From contig OZ024740.1 of NCBI GenBank assembly GCA_964016885.1, forward strand, positions 396,738,001 to 396,802,000: DNA of 64,000 nt. Direction: 5' to 3'. This DNA comes from Eledone cirrhosa (taxonomy: Eukaryota). How positions within the stretch are numbered: the stretch's first letter is position 1; the number at the start of each line of letters is the position of its first letter. The notes beneath the pieces are model-generated. The model saw only the letters and a list, made by a program, of their open reading frames with translations, ran no database searches and was not told the DNA's origin. The position numbers and the translations under genes were made by a program. Shown piece by piece: positions 23,703 to 34,955 of this stretch.

Positions 23703-24928
23703 AGAGTTTTTTCAGTTTCTTTATTGTCAGTTGTTGTGGGTACAGTGTTTTCAGACCAGCTGGTGTCTCTTTTCCATGATTCGCCAGCTTTAACAAACTT
23801 CCATATCTGCCCATCATCTCGTAGGCTGAAGCTTTCATGTTCTGCCGAGCTGCGGTTTAGGGAAGCTGCAGCACGCAACTTTGGGCGGACATCAGGTGGA
23901 AGACCAGGACGTGTTCGGAAAGCAATCCGACTTTCACGCCTAGCTTTATCAGAGGCTACAAGGTATGAACGTGCCTCAGTTGAGTTTGAAAACGACAGTC
24001 TAATTAACCTGGGTTTCGGGCCTGGTCGGCCAAGGCGTAGAGCACCCTTTGCGGGAGCACAGCCCAGGTCTTTGGATGAACTGGCAGCAAATGCCTGAAG
24101 ATCAACTATGTCTTCCGGCACACCAATGGCAATCACTTCGTGGTTTGCAGATTCAGTGGCATTCTCAATGCGTCTAGGTTCAACATGAGGTACGCGGAGA
24201 TTTTTTAACAAGGCACTCCGGTAAGATCCCTCATTGTGGGGTTCTACACGAACGCTTGATTTTATTTCCGCTATTTCATGACTTGAAGCGAAAATCATTT
24301 GCCGTATTTCCTCAAACTCCATATTGAGGGTCGGTTTTTGTTGTTGTTCTTCGCCTTCAACAGGCATGGTAGAAGACACAGTCGTCGGTTGTTGTTGTTG
24401 AAAAGTAACGGGCGAGGAAGACATGGGTTGCTGTTGTTGATGAAGTCCTTCAACAGGGGTAGTAGCAGAAGCTACGGTCGTTGGTTTTTGCTGTTGTTTA
24501 GCAACAATGGTAGAGGAAGACACGATCCTCGGTTTTTGTTGTTGTTGTTCAGGAACAATGGTAGAAGACACGATCTTCGGTCTTTGTTGTTGTTGTTGTT
24601 CCGCAGCAATGGGAGAAGCAGGCATACAGTCCAGGCACTGAAAGGACCAGTTTGTTAGCTGGACCATCTCCCAGAGTCTATCCATCGTAGCAATGTGATG
24701 TTTCTTATTTTGGCCTGGGATCTTCCGGAAGCCTGTGGCGCATTGAAGGCAGACAGAGATGCGACAGGTTCCACATTCGACCCAACGATTACGGAACGAG
24801 TTTTCGGGTTCCTTACAGATATGGCAGGTGTGATCTTCCGGGCAATATTCTATTTTGGGACATCGACCAGTTTTGTCGCATACTTCATCGATGGATATCA
24901 CCATGGCAATTTTGTTATTTCTACCCAT
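23693..24928 (-). CDS. CR1 ORF1 protein (411 aa from the likely ATG at 24928): PHD-like finger, Gln-rich repeats, RRM-like domain
   Basis: CHIC..WVECGTC..VCLQC...WSFQCLDC; QQQQ repeats; VIAIGVPE...LRLGRPGPKPRLIRLSF, typical of CR1/L2 ORF1. The frame is open further upstream to 25078. Confidence 0.88.
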   Translation of the reverse strand: MGRNNKIAMVISIDEVCDKTGRCPKIEYCPEDHTCHICKEPENSFRNRWVECGTCRISVCLQCATGFRKIPGQNKKHHIATMDRLWEMVQLTNWSFQCLDCMPASPIAAEQQQQQRPKIVSSTIVPEQQQQKPRIVSSSTIVAKQQQKPTTVASATTPVEGLHQQQQPMSSSPVTFQQQQPTTVSSTMPVEGEEQQQKPTLNMEFEEIRQMIFASSHEIAEIKSSVRVEPHNEGSYRSALLKNLRVPHVEPRRIENATESANHEVIAIGVPEDIVDLQAFAASSSKDLGCAPAKGALRLGRPGPKPRLIRLSFSNSTEARSYLVASDKARRESRIAFRTRPGLPPDVRPKLRAAASLNRSSAEHESFSLRDDGQIWKFVKAGESWKRDTSWSENTVPTTTDNKETEKTLGN

Positions 24929-25346
24929 CCGTAGAAAAACACAGAATGTAAACAATATAGGTTTAGCGCACTTGATTACGATAGAAATAAAATGTCTGTT
25001 TTTTTTTGTTTTGTTTTTTTTTGTGTATTTTGTTTCCGTTTTCCTAAATGTTGTGTGTGTGTAGAAGAGTCTGTGCATGTAAACAAATAAATATGCTGCG
25101 TAAGTTAAATGAAACGTACTGTAGAAGGCAGTTGTTTATTAACAGCGAAATAACGTCCCCCCCCCCCCCTGATACTGCTTCTTTATAATAAACTTTCAAT
25201 AATATTTTTTTTTTCCAAATTATTAACTTTCAGCTGTTAGTATATATATATAATTAAAAGGTGTATGTGGGTTAGAAGCGAAGTCAATGTTAAGAAATAT
25301 TTTACCAATGTAAATTGGTAAAATTGGCCGGTATAGTGTCTCACAC

Positions 25347-25770
25347 GAAATAGTGTGATGCAACATGGTTGAAAAATACAGCACTTGACTGCAGAAAATT
25401 TATGACAGCTGAAAAGAGATGAGGTGAACATGATCTGTTAGAAGTGTGCTGTTAGTGTCTATGAATGGCAGAGTGCATATGAGCTGGAAACAAGAGGAAT
25501 CAGATGTGGTATGCAAGATAAGAGACTGCACTGATACATGCATGTGGTATCGTTGGAGGATGCAGTTGTATAATGAAGTGCAAAGTACTCAAAAAGGAAG
25601 GAACTTGTGGAAAAGGAAAACCTCATAAGACACGGGATGAAGTGAAGATTGATGTCAAGAAGCTGAACCACAAGAGGATGACAAAGAATCATGATAATTG
25701 GTGACATACAATGCTGAAAAAGGCCCATTCACCTGTACAAACATGAACAAACAATTACTAAAATAATTGT
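25347..25770 (+). mobile_element. Old RTE LINE fragment, right half
   Basis: NSVMQHG...LKRDEVNMI...RGIRCGMQDKRLH follows on from 20555-20768 in normal RTE motif order. Confidence 0.7.
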
Positions 25771-26211
25771 CGATAGGAATTGTGTTGTATAATATATCTA
25801 CATTGACTCTCTCATCTTGTTGTTCCCTAATAATGTCCTCTTCATTAACCTTTCATCTAACACCTTTCCTATATGCTATTCCCTGCACCATATTGACACT
25901 GTAATGAGGAATAACATTTAATTTGTCTGCATTCAATCCCTCCACTGCCATGCTGTATACCCTAACAAATATGCACATTTTACTCATATTTAGGGCTTTC
26001 AGTGGAAGTATAATCTCATCATACCTGCTGAAATTTTCAGGATTAAATAACTAAATAGATATACAGATTTGTAAAATTATTGATGAAAACGAGAGGGAAT
26101 TGTTTAAATATTAAATAATTCTCAGATGGCATTTAACTGGTAAATAATACATAAGTAAATGAAAATCATATTAATGCAAGAAATATTAAAAACAAAAATG
26201 TAAAATAAAGC

Positions 26212-26411
26212 TTAACCCTTTAGCATTTAAACCGGCCAGAATTCTCTCACCCCTTTCTGTTCAAACCGTTTGTAACTTGCCATTCATAACGATGTTAAGG
26301 TATTGTTCTCAAAATAAATAATATCAAAAGCTCATAGATTCAATATTATGTGAGATAATTATGTGAGGTAAAGACTTTAATGTGAAAATGTAATAGTAAA
26401 TATAGGGTTAA
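26212..26411. mobile_element. TTAA-flanked MITE, family B (piggyBac-type termini)
   Basis: TTAA-CCCTTTAG at 26212 and TAGGG-TTAA ending at 26411: inverted CCCT/AGGG ends inside TTAA sites, ~200 bp. Confidence 0.7.
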
Positions 26412-27411
26412 ATATATGGAGAATAAATAAATATGTTAGCTAGTACCACCTAATATTTTCCCATTAACAACTACAAAAAATAATTCCAGATGTTTCATCC
26501 TCATTTGGAATCTTTAGGAGATGTAGCCACACCAACCTAAGTGTTAGTGGTGAAATCATTAAGATAATGATCATATCTGTATGGCTGTGGCATAGAGTAG
26601 AATAAGTTATTGCTTTGATCACGAAATATGTGTATCAGAGATACAATGTACACTGATATTAATTTAACTTAGAAGATATCAACAAAGTTGTGATGAAATG
26701 TAATTGATATTACTTTGACTATCTGTATTGATATGATTGTTTTCACTATGATATCTTTATCACTGATGTATAATGTATGCAATCACTGTGATGATAGTTA
26801 TATATTAGGCAATTAGTGTATACTGATATTGCTCTTACTATATGTTTCATTTAATGTATAAAAGAAATACAAGGCAGACTATGACATTAAAACTTGTCTG
26901 TAGCATGACAGTAGAGTTCTGATAGCAATTCTGATCCTTGTTTTACATACCTCACATTTCTAATACCAATTAAAATTGCATGACTATCCCAATTTTCTAT
27001 TATCCCTTATATAAAATACAGAATGACAGTAACTAGTCAGATGTTTATGCTTTGAATCTATCAGCGCAGTATCCTGTCCTGTCACATACTTCTGCTTACT
27101 ACCATTATGTACCCTACTATGAATCAGCAGCTATTTTACATCATTACTTTAGTCTGAGTGTTTTGGTAAAGAATTGCTGCGATTTTTGGCAACTTCATAC
27201 ACTTATCTTTTTTTCAGATTTAATTGGTGAATACTTTTTTTTTGACGATTTTTGTGCATAAATCCAGTTTTGGGGCCACACTCAATGCAAAGAGCCAGGG
27301 TTCAAAGGATTAAAACTTGCCTGATAACCTCTAGAGGATGGCAGGTAGAGTTGTTGATAGGGCAAAACAATCCAGTTAGCATGAACATTTTCAGGATGTC
27401 AGCAGACATCT

Positions 27412-27660
27412 TTAACCATTTCCTGACCATATTTTAAATGAAACTCATTACCATAATTAATTTTGAAAATAATCAAAGAATATAAAGATATTTAGTAAAA
27501 CAACTAATTTTGTCATGATACATTTTGGTGTTTGGATCATAATTTTACAAAATGTTCTTCCACAAATTACAATGGTAGCTTAAATATAAACACTTAAATT
27601 GAGATGTTTTGTATCATAAAAGCAGAAACAGTCTCAGGCAGATTGGTGCCAAAGTGTTAA
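27412..27660 (+). mobile_element. TTAA MITE family A copy
   Basis: TTAAccattt...aaagtgTTAA; internal match to the other copies. Confidence 0.7.
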
Positions 27661-28149
27661 GTAATCTAAAACTATAATCAGTATACTTCTTGTGTTGCTT
27701 CTAATCATGTGGCTGCATCATTTTTGTCTTTTCACAATTTCAGTGTTAATCCAGAAGAGAAGGACTATGAACTTTTATTTTTATTAGTTAGTCTAATATG
27801 CAGATCTTTAATCTATTTGAAATGTTCATCACACAATATTGTCAGAATACCAGAATTGGAGAGTATTTTCCTCTTTCCTCCTTTTCAATAAACTCTCTTT
27901 CAGTTGTGTATTTCATCATTTAGTTAAAAAGAGAAATGCAGTGCTCAAGACCTTTATTTTTTAAGGGTTTTTGAAAATAGTGAAAGTAAGGAAGGGAGTT
28001 ATCCTCAAATTGGAAACCTTGCCCCAAAACTTACATCAGAGTAAACTGCACAAAAAAGTACCCCAAAACCAAGTGGTGGCATATTTCATTATAGGGAAGT
28101 GTATGTCATTAATCATTCACTCATGAGTTGAGTTTCCTCGATACAATGA

Positions 28150-28575
28150 ACAATACTCTTTCCATTTGTCTTGATCTATTATCATCACTCCAAGATCTGT
28201 TAAATTTCCTCCCATGTCAGCTCATAGCATATCCAGATATGTTGTAGGACAACATCTACTTCTCTGACTGTGTGCAGGCTTCCATAATAGAACACGGCTG
28301 ATGCATTTGTTTTTTGCCCTGTAACAATGTCCCGCAAAACACATCCTTCTTAGATGAACAATATCCAATATGGGAGGACTATCCAGATAGAGTTCTCCAT
28401 TTGTGACTCTCTGTAGCCAAGATATGTTGAAAGTGTGTCTCAGGAGTCTCATGTAACATCCATTTAGTCTTTTTTTGAGGGTTTTATTAAGTGTCTATGC
28501 CTCCAACCTGTAGAGTAACACACTTTTGACTGTGGCTTTGAAGAACATACGCTTTAGTCTCCTCATTAATAAGGT
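28150..28575 (-). mobile_element. Decayed RTE/RTEX-like LINE C-terminal fragment (a family distinct from the main RTE)
   Basis: FFKATVKSVLLY..EA...LNGCYMRLLRHTFNISW..RVTN.ELY...RRMCFAGHCYR...VLLWKP. Confidence 0.75.
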
Positions 28576-29929
28576 ATTGTAGAAGTATAGTAATGAAGAG
28601 GCTAATTCATAAATTATTCCACCATACTCAACACATTCACTTAGCAAATGGCTTAGAAAATTTATACAGTTACTGGACAGATTAGAAAACAAGTAAGGAA
28701 ACCTATATGTCATTAGCTGACTTGCTAGAAGTAGCAGACAAAATCCCTCAAATCACATCTTACCATCTCAAAAAAAAGAGAGGAAACATTGGATAAAAAA
28801 CAAATAAACTAAAAAAAAACAACAACATAAAAGCTGGTATAGGCATGGCTGGGTGGAATGCCTTTGATCATAGGTCTTTTTACTCAAGGCTGATCTGGGT
28901 CTAAACAATGAAAACACTTACATAAATGCTTGGTTTGCATTTTAGAACTATTAGAATCCTCTTTCTCATATTACATGTATTTTGGCTTTGTTAAATGTTG
29001 ATATACTTCTTGGTAAATTTATCAATCAATAACTGCCTCTGATATCCATTTTAAAGAATACAGGTCACCTATTTATAAGAGACTGAGTTTCCTGGTGATG
29101 CTTTCTAAGTAGAAAGCTTTCTAAATCGGATTTGATTTCTTTTTCACTACTAAAAATTCCAGACATAATCTTGATAAAAATGGTATTTTCTTTTGTGTTG
29201 AAGAATAAAACGTGCAATTTCAATTAAGTAAATAATTAATTTACTATTCTAACATGGGTTGGATGTTTTTAGAAATTAAAAACATTTTTGGAATTGTTAA
29301 GAAATTGTCTTTACAACAATTTAAAAAATATTATTCACTCTTTTTTTTTAAAGAAAATACATTTTTATCATGTAACAAATATATAAGATTCAATAGAAGC
29401 ACATACATATAATCAATTGATTATTACTAGGAACCTTAAAAATATAATACACAAAAATATACAATTAAAGAGAAAATAAAAAATACTTAATTCTACTATC
29501 ATATTCAGTAGGAGCAGATTTTTTCTTTTAAAAAATTAGCTGAAATATCTTAAAATCTTAATCTGTTCAGCAAACTATTAGTAGTATTGAAAGATTATCT
29601 CTTAGCAGTTTTTATGGGTTAATCAGTGGAGGAAGGCAGCACTTATGGCCTTTTTAAAGACCTCCAAGACTGGTGGGAGAAAAGGAGCAAGTTATCCTCT
29701 AATTAGACTTTGCTATACATGAGCCAAGTAACATGTTAAACTGGGTAACATATTAAACCTACTATCAGAGAACAACCAAATAGGCTTCCACAATTTTTGT
29801 TGACCAAGGCTTCGGTCAGTCTAGGGTTACAGTTAACACTTTCCTGAGATATCACTTATAGACAAATAGTAAAGCAAAACTACTTTATCATACATATTTA
29901 GCAGAAATGTTCATTGTATGGTTTTGCAG

Positions 29930-29974
29930 ATACAAAATTGTCAATTCTACCTGGTTACGATTTAACAGATGTTT
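29930..29974 (+). other. Candidate 45-bp exon
   Basis: ttttgcag| acceptor and |gtaagt donor; two of three frames are open (xTKLSILPGYDLTDV or YKIVNSTWLRFNRC). No homology support. Confidence 0.25.
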
Positions 29975-30084
29975 GTAAGTTTGAAGATATGTAGAGACTC
30001 ATGAGAACTTGTTAATAAAAAAAAAAAAATCAAATCCAGTTGAATGTTGATGTGTAGAATATTTATTTCTGTAATGGTTTAAGG

Positions 30085-30530
30085 TCTCATTCTGGGTAAA
30101 TGCTCTTCTTTCCTCCATCCATGCTTACTCCCCTTTAGTGGATGACATCCTCTCCTTTCCAACATGGACTAGTTCCACCAGGGTGATGGATGAAGCTTTA
30201 CTACAATAGAGGGAGCTGGGTTTGTCAGTTCCTGATACTGATGACAATCTGCGTTCAAGCGAAACTTTCAACTCTCTCTTTGATCATTCTGATCAATTTT
30301 CTAGGTGCCACTTACTTTCTGCAAGCACAAAGTTCTCAGGGGACTGGATTGATACCCTGCCTGGGGCCAACATTGGTGGTCTTCTCAATCAGGACAAGCT
30401 CCACATCTCAATTGTACTCCGAATGGGAGCTGATGTCTGTTGGGGTCTGAGATGTGGCTGTGGAAGGTCCCTCAACTCTCATTAGAGAGCCTGGTTGTTT
30501 CAGCACCTCAGCTTTGCCATCACCCATTGT
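30085..30530 (+). mobile_element. Decayed CRE-clade non-LTR retrotransposon fragment (post-RT, zinc-knuckle region)
   Basis: RCHLLSASTKFSGDWIDTLPGANIGGLLNQDKLHISIVLRMGADVCWGLRCGCG matches the CRE pattern SG.WL..LP....G..L....R.A..LRLG.......C.CG. Confidence 0.7.
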
Positions 30531-31224
30531 AATGCTGCAAGCGTATTGGCTTGCCTACCAAATTTCTGTTGACCCTTGTGATGTGTGGCTGATTGTTACA
30601 CTTGGGGGTGAATTGATGGTGGTTTTTTTTTTTGTTTCTTACAAATGGTTAATTGTATTTATTATATATGTTTACATTTTCATTCTGAAAGAACTGTGAA
30701 CAATTTGTAATGTTATTTATACAACTGTGAATAAAATGTGTAGTAAATAAACAGCTGCAATAGATCGAAGTTAAAGTTGTTACAGTTTAAAGAGGGACCA
30801 TTGGAAAGTTTTGCTAGAAGAATGAAAAGTTCACAAAAGTGGATTACATGTAGGAAATACCTGTATTAACAATATTTTTGATGAATTTCAGAGGTATATA
30901 GATATGTTGTTGATTATTCATGTATCTTGGAGAAAGAGAGAACATGTTTATCTATTTTCTCAGAGATTGTTTAAGAGAGGACTACTACCATCTATGTTAT
31001 AGTGGATGAAAGCTATTACTGAGTGAGAGAAAGCAAGCTGATTGTTCCTCTTTCAAGAAAACCTCCCAATGAGTTCATTATATAGCAGGTACTTAAAAAA
31101 AAAATAATCTCCTTAAGTTACATAGTTAAATTCCTTCTTTATGGGGATACTACAATATTAGTGATTTGGTTTGAATTTATGATCACTTAATCAGTAGCTC
31201 ACTGCCTTAGTTTTTGCATCATAT

Positions 31225-31451
31225 TTAACCATTTTGTTACTATATTTCTAATGAAAGACACTGCTTAGGATTTTCAAATCATTTTGAAAATAATCAAGAA
31301 TTTGGATGGGTTTAGTAATATAGCTAATTTTCTCATTATTAAGTTGGTGTTAGGAACTTAACATAAAATTATGATGGAAGGTTTTAGGTTTTAAAATAAA
31401 CAGTCCTAGAACGAAGGGCAGTTTCAGTTGGTTTGTTATCAAAAGAGTTAA
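31225..31451 (+). mobile_element. TTAA MITE family A copy
   Basis: TTAAccattttgttac...gttatcaaaagagTTAA; imperfect terminal inverted repeats. Confidence 0.75.
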
Positions 31452-31982
31452 TGCTTTTCATATGTAAAAATCAAATCTTATTTTAAAACATCAATAGTGG
31501 ATGTGGTACAGAAAACCTTTATTGCAAGAATTAAAGCAATTAAAATCTTAAATTTTGCAAGTATTTGTAAACTGTTTCTAAAGTTCATGTTGCCTAGTTT
31601 AAAATATATTTTTAAAGGTACAAACACATACAGTCAGGTGAGTGAGTGTGTGTATATGTGTAATTGTAATAATTTGTAAATGGTTTCAAACAAAAAGAAG
31701 AGTACTCAACATGTGACTATACTTATCATAATATCTATAAAACAGCTATATAAAACAGACATAAAAACTATGATGATGATGAGATCCATCTGATGAAAAT
31801 TCTACTTATATAAATATGTATATATTGTGTTTGTGGGTGTGTAAATACATAATGCACTGGGTGATTGCTGGCCTTGTGCCTAAAGTAGAAACAATTATAA
31901 TATATAAGCTAAAGAGAAAGGGATACTATTAACATTGAAATGTACTTAGTGTACATACTGTACTCATACACTCATGTAAAAG

Positions 31983-32208
31983 TTAACATTTTAAAATTAC
32001 TTTTTCAAATAATTTTGAAAATAATCAAGAATTAAAAGGGATTTAGTTATCTTTCTCATACTTTATCCACTGTTTGGGGCATAACTTAAAGGTTTTAACA
32101 TAACATTATGATGGACCATTTGTAGATAAATATATACACTTATAAACAAACAGCTTTGTATTCTAGAAACAAGGGTAGTTTCAGATGGTTTGTTATCAAA
32201 CATGTTAA
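31983..32208 (+). mobile_element. TTAA MITE family A copy (diverged)
   Basis: TTAA ends; internal ttttgaaaataatcaagaa and cattatgatgga blocks. Confidence 0.6.
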
Positions 32209-32387
32209 TGATAATTCATTACTAAAATACAGAAAATTCTGCAATCAGCTTTGTCTTACTACAAAATACACTCATCATTCTGAGGGAAGCATTTTTTATT
32301 GTTGTTAGAAATGTTAATATGTTAATATATAAATAAACATTTATCAAATATATGAATATGTAAGTATTTAAATAAACTTGTGATTTC

Positions 32388-32780
32388 TTTTGCCAACAAC
32401 AATCCTGAGCACTTTTTTGAATTTCATGCATCTAACATCTGTGAGCATGCTTACAAGGTCAGAAAACAGCACAGCTCCCATGACTTTCAGAAATATTTTT
32501 TCACGTTCAGAGTTGCTGAAGTATGGAGCAAACTACCTGCATCAGTTGTTAGCTGTCAGGACACTGCATCCTTCAAAACTTCCATGCTTCCCGCCATCAC
32601 TACACCTGATATTCCCCCTCCATTCACACACACACATGTATCTGTGTGTATATCATGACTCATACTGTTCACTTTCATGACATTTGTATATTATTCTATG
32701 TACTATAAAATATACATGCACCTTTGATGAGTTGTATTGCACCTGAGCACTGTACACAATAATTTTCCTTATTATTATTG
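32388..32780 (+). mobile_element. 5'-truncated copy of the CR1 family (ORF2 end, 3' UTR, ATT tail)
   Basis: HAYKVRKQHSSHDFQKYFFTFRVAEVWSKLPASVVSCQDTASFK matches the ORF2 C-terminus; tgcacctgagcact...ttattattatt matches the 3' UTR at 20769-20830. Confidence 0.92.
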
Positions 32781-33269
32781 TGTATAATGATAATTGTTTC
32801 TACTTCTATATAATTGTATGATAATGGTAGTGGTGATGATTTTAATAACATTGCCACGCAAAAACTCTGTTGCCTTGAAGATTTGATCAATTCTCAAGTA
32901 TATTCGAGGTACTGATTTCAAGTATCTTCATTTTTGCTTGTATCTGCTCTAGTCTTGGAGATACATCATATCTCTCTATATACTGATCTATTATTCACTC
33001 AGGTGCTGAAAGTAGAGACCCCAGTTACAGTTTAGTTAAACCTATTCTTCAGTATATTTGGGCTACTGATTTCCAAAATGGCATTATTTTTACCATATCA
33101 GCTCTAATTAATTAATATTCTGCTGTTTTGATATGGAAGTAACAATATTAATAGTATAAAAAATGATGTCATATTAAATATACTATAGAGTATGTATATC
33201 TTCTAATTCACCATAATGTATGTTGGTTATGGTTAGTATATTGCAATTGATTATTTATTTTACATTGAT

Positions 33270-33485
33270 TATTGTTTTCTAATTTAAGGACAAGGTCAGT
33301 AAATTGAGGGAAGGGTAAAGTTGATTAAATCAACTCCAGTACTTAACTGGTACTTTATTTTATCGACCCTGAGTGGATGAAAGGTAAAGTTAACCGTGGT
33401 GAGATTTGAATTCAGAAGAGCCAGAACAAATGCTACAATGGCATTTTATCTGATGCTCTACTAATTCAGCCAACCAGCCACCCCT
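33270..33485 (-). mobile_element. tRNA-derived SINE, diverged
   Basis: ctggtactttattttatcgaccc..ggatgaaagg.aaagttaacc..gagatttgaa. Confidence 0.7.
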
Positions 33486-33697
33486 CTTTTACATAGATTA
33501 TTAAAATATGAGGCCATTTTGTTGAATAAAAAAATGACATGATAGACAAAAGCGGATGTGAGTTTTGTGTTTAGAACCCCAAAATAGAGAAAAACAAGTC
33601 CGAGATATAAATCAAGAAAAGTTACCCAGTGTAATAAATTAGAACAAATAGAAATATATTTTAGATTGTAGTTCAAACATCTAAACACCCAAGAGAT

Positions 33698-33885
33698 AAT
33701 AACTGTTTCTACTTTTGGCACAAGGCCAGCAATTATCCCAGTGCATTACTGGTACTTTATTTTATCGACCCCGTAAGGATGAAAGACAAAGTTAACCTCG
33801 GCGGGATTTGAACTAGGATCATAAAGGGAAGTAACTATATGCTTCAAAGCATGGCGCCCAACCCTCTACCGATACTGCCAATCCA
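33698..33885 (-). mobile_element. tRNA-derived SINE, near full length
   Basis: A-box-like tggcagtatcggtagag and B box agttcaaatccc on minus; same central domain and tail as 15225-15372. Confidence 0.8.
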
Positions 33886-34729
33886 ATAACATGGATAAAA
33901 CTGTATTGCGTTATAGAAATTAATTATTGGATTAAAGAAACAATTTACCAATAGCCTGGGGAAATTTCTAGATTTGCTCCCAATCCTTAGATTTTAGTGA
34001 ACTATTGATTTCTGTTTAAGAATATGATTTGCTTATTACAAAGCAGGGAGGAGATTGATATCCCACTTTATTTTTTGGTTAATGTCAAATTCTAACGGAC
34101 ACCATTGTCATTTTGTAATACTACATTTTGCAAGGTGAATATGGCTATAGACACAGTATTATGGTGGTGACATGGTATGAAGTCTCCAAGATTGTCAAGT
34201 ATTATATTGACTTAGCCAGCTATACATTGAGGTTCTTAGTTTAAACCTTTTGAAATCAACCTGGGTTCTAAGATGCTAAGTGTGTGTATGATCACAATGC
34301 ATGTGTGTGGGTGGTATGAAAGTTTAAAGGAACTGGGGTGGAGAATTCAATCCAGCTGATTGAGGTGTGCAAATGGAAAATAAATTGTCGATTAATCTGG
34401 ACTGGTTTGATTCATGATAGAATCAAACTTTGAATACATTCAAATTGTTGGTGGAATAAATGTCTGGGGGGCTGAAAGTAAGATGAAATGGCAGAATAGT
34501 TTCTAAGACAAATGTCACAGAAATGTTTGGTGAGGCAATCTGCTAACCAGCAACCAGTCTGGCTCATGTAAAAAAATATATATAAAATATTCATCTTATG
34601 AATTTTCCTTTGCTTTCATGAGTATGAGTAAGGCATTAACATGTTTTAAAAGTTTGAATATAAATAAGTGTTTAAATATAAATTAACATATGCAAATAAG
34701 TAATGAGAAGTAAGGGAGGTAGTCATAAA

Positions 34730-34955
34730 AGCCAAGCTCGCTATCATTAATTCAGTATTTGTGCCAACCCTTACCTATAGTCATGAATCTTGGGTAATGA
34801 CCAAAAGAATATGATCATGAATACAAGTGGCTGAAATCGGGTTCCTCTGAAGGGACTTTGGAGTAATGCTACTCAATAAAGTGCGTAACTCAGAGATCAG
34901 AGAGTCACTCCAGGTAGAGCTGTTACTTCTCCAAACTGAGAGATCACAGTTCGCT
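34730..34955 (+). mobile_element. RTE LINE fragment (same family as 410-1080)
   Basis: SVFVPTLTYSHESWVMTKRI...IQVAEIGFL...LLNKVRNSEIRESLQVELLLL. Confidence 0.75.

Larger units (their letters stand above)
20769..25346 (-). mobile_element. Full-length CR1-clade LINE (~4.6 kb): 5' UTR, ORF1, ORF2, short 3' UTR, (ATT)n tail
   Basis: Two long ORFs with PHD/RRM-like and APE-RT domains; 3' tail (TAA)n on plus at 20769-20784; boundaries inferred from the interrupted RTE. No clear TSD. Confidence 0.93.

Noticed and set aside
20911-25064. Plus-strand ORFs overlapping the CR1
   Set aside because: Antisense shadows of the GC-richer CR1 coding frames, with no recognisable motifs.
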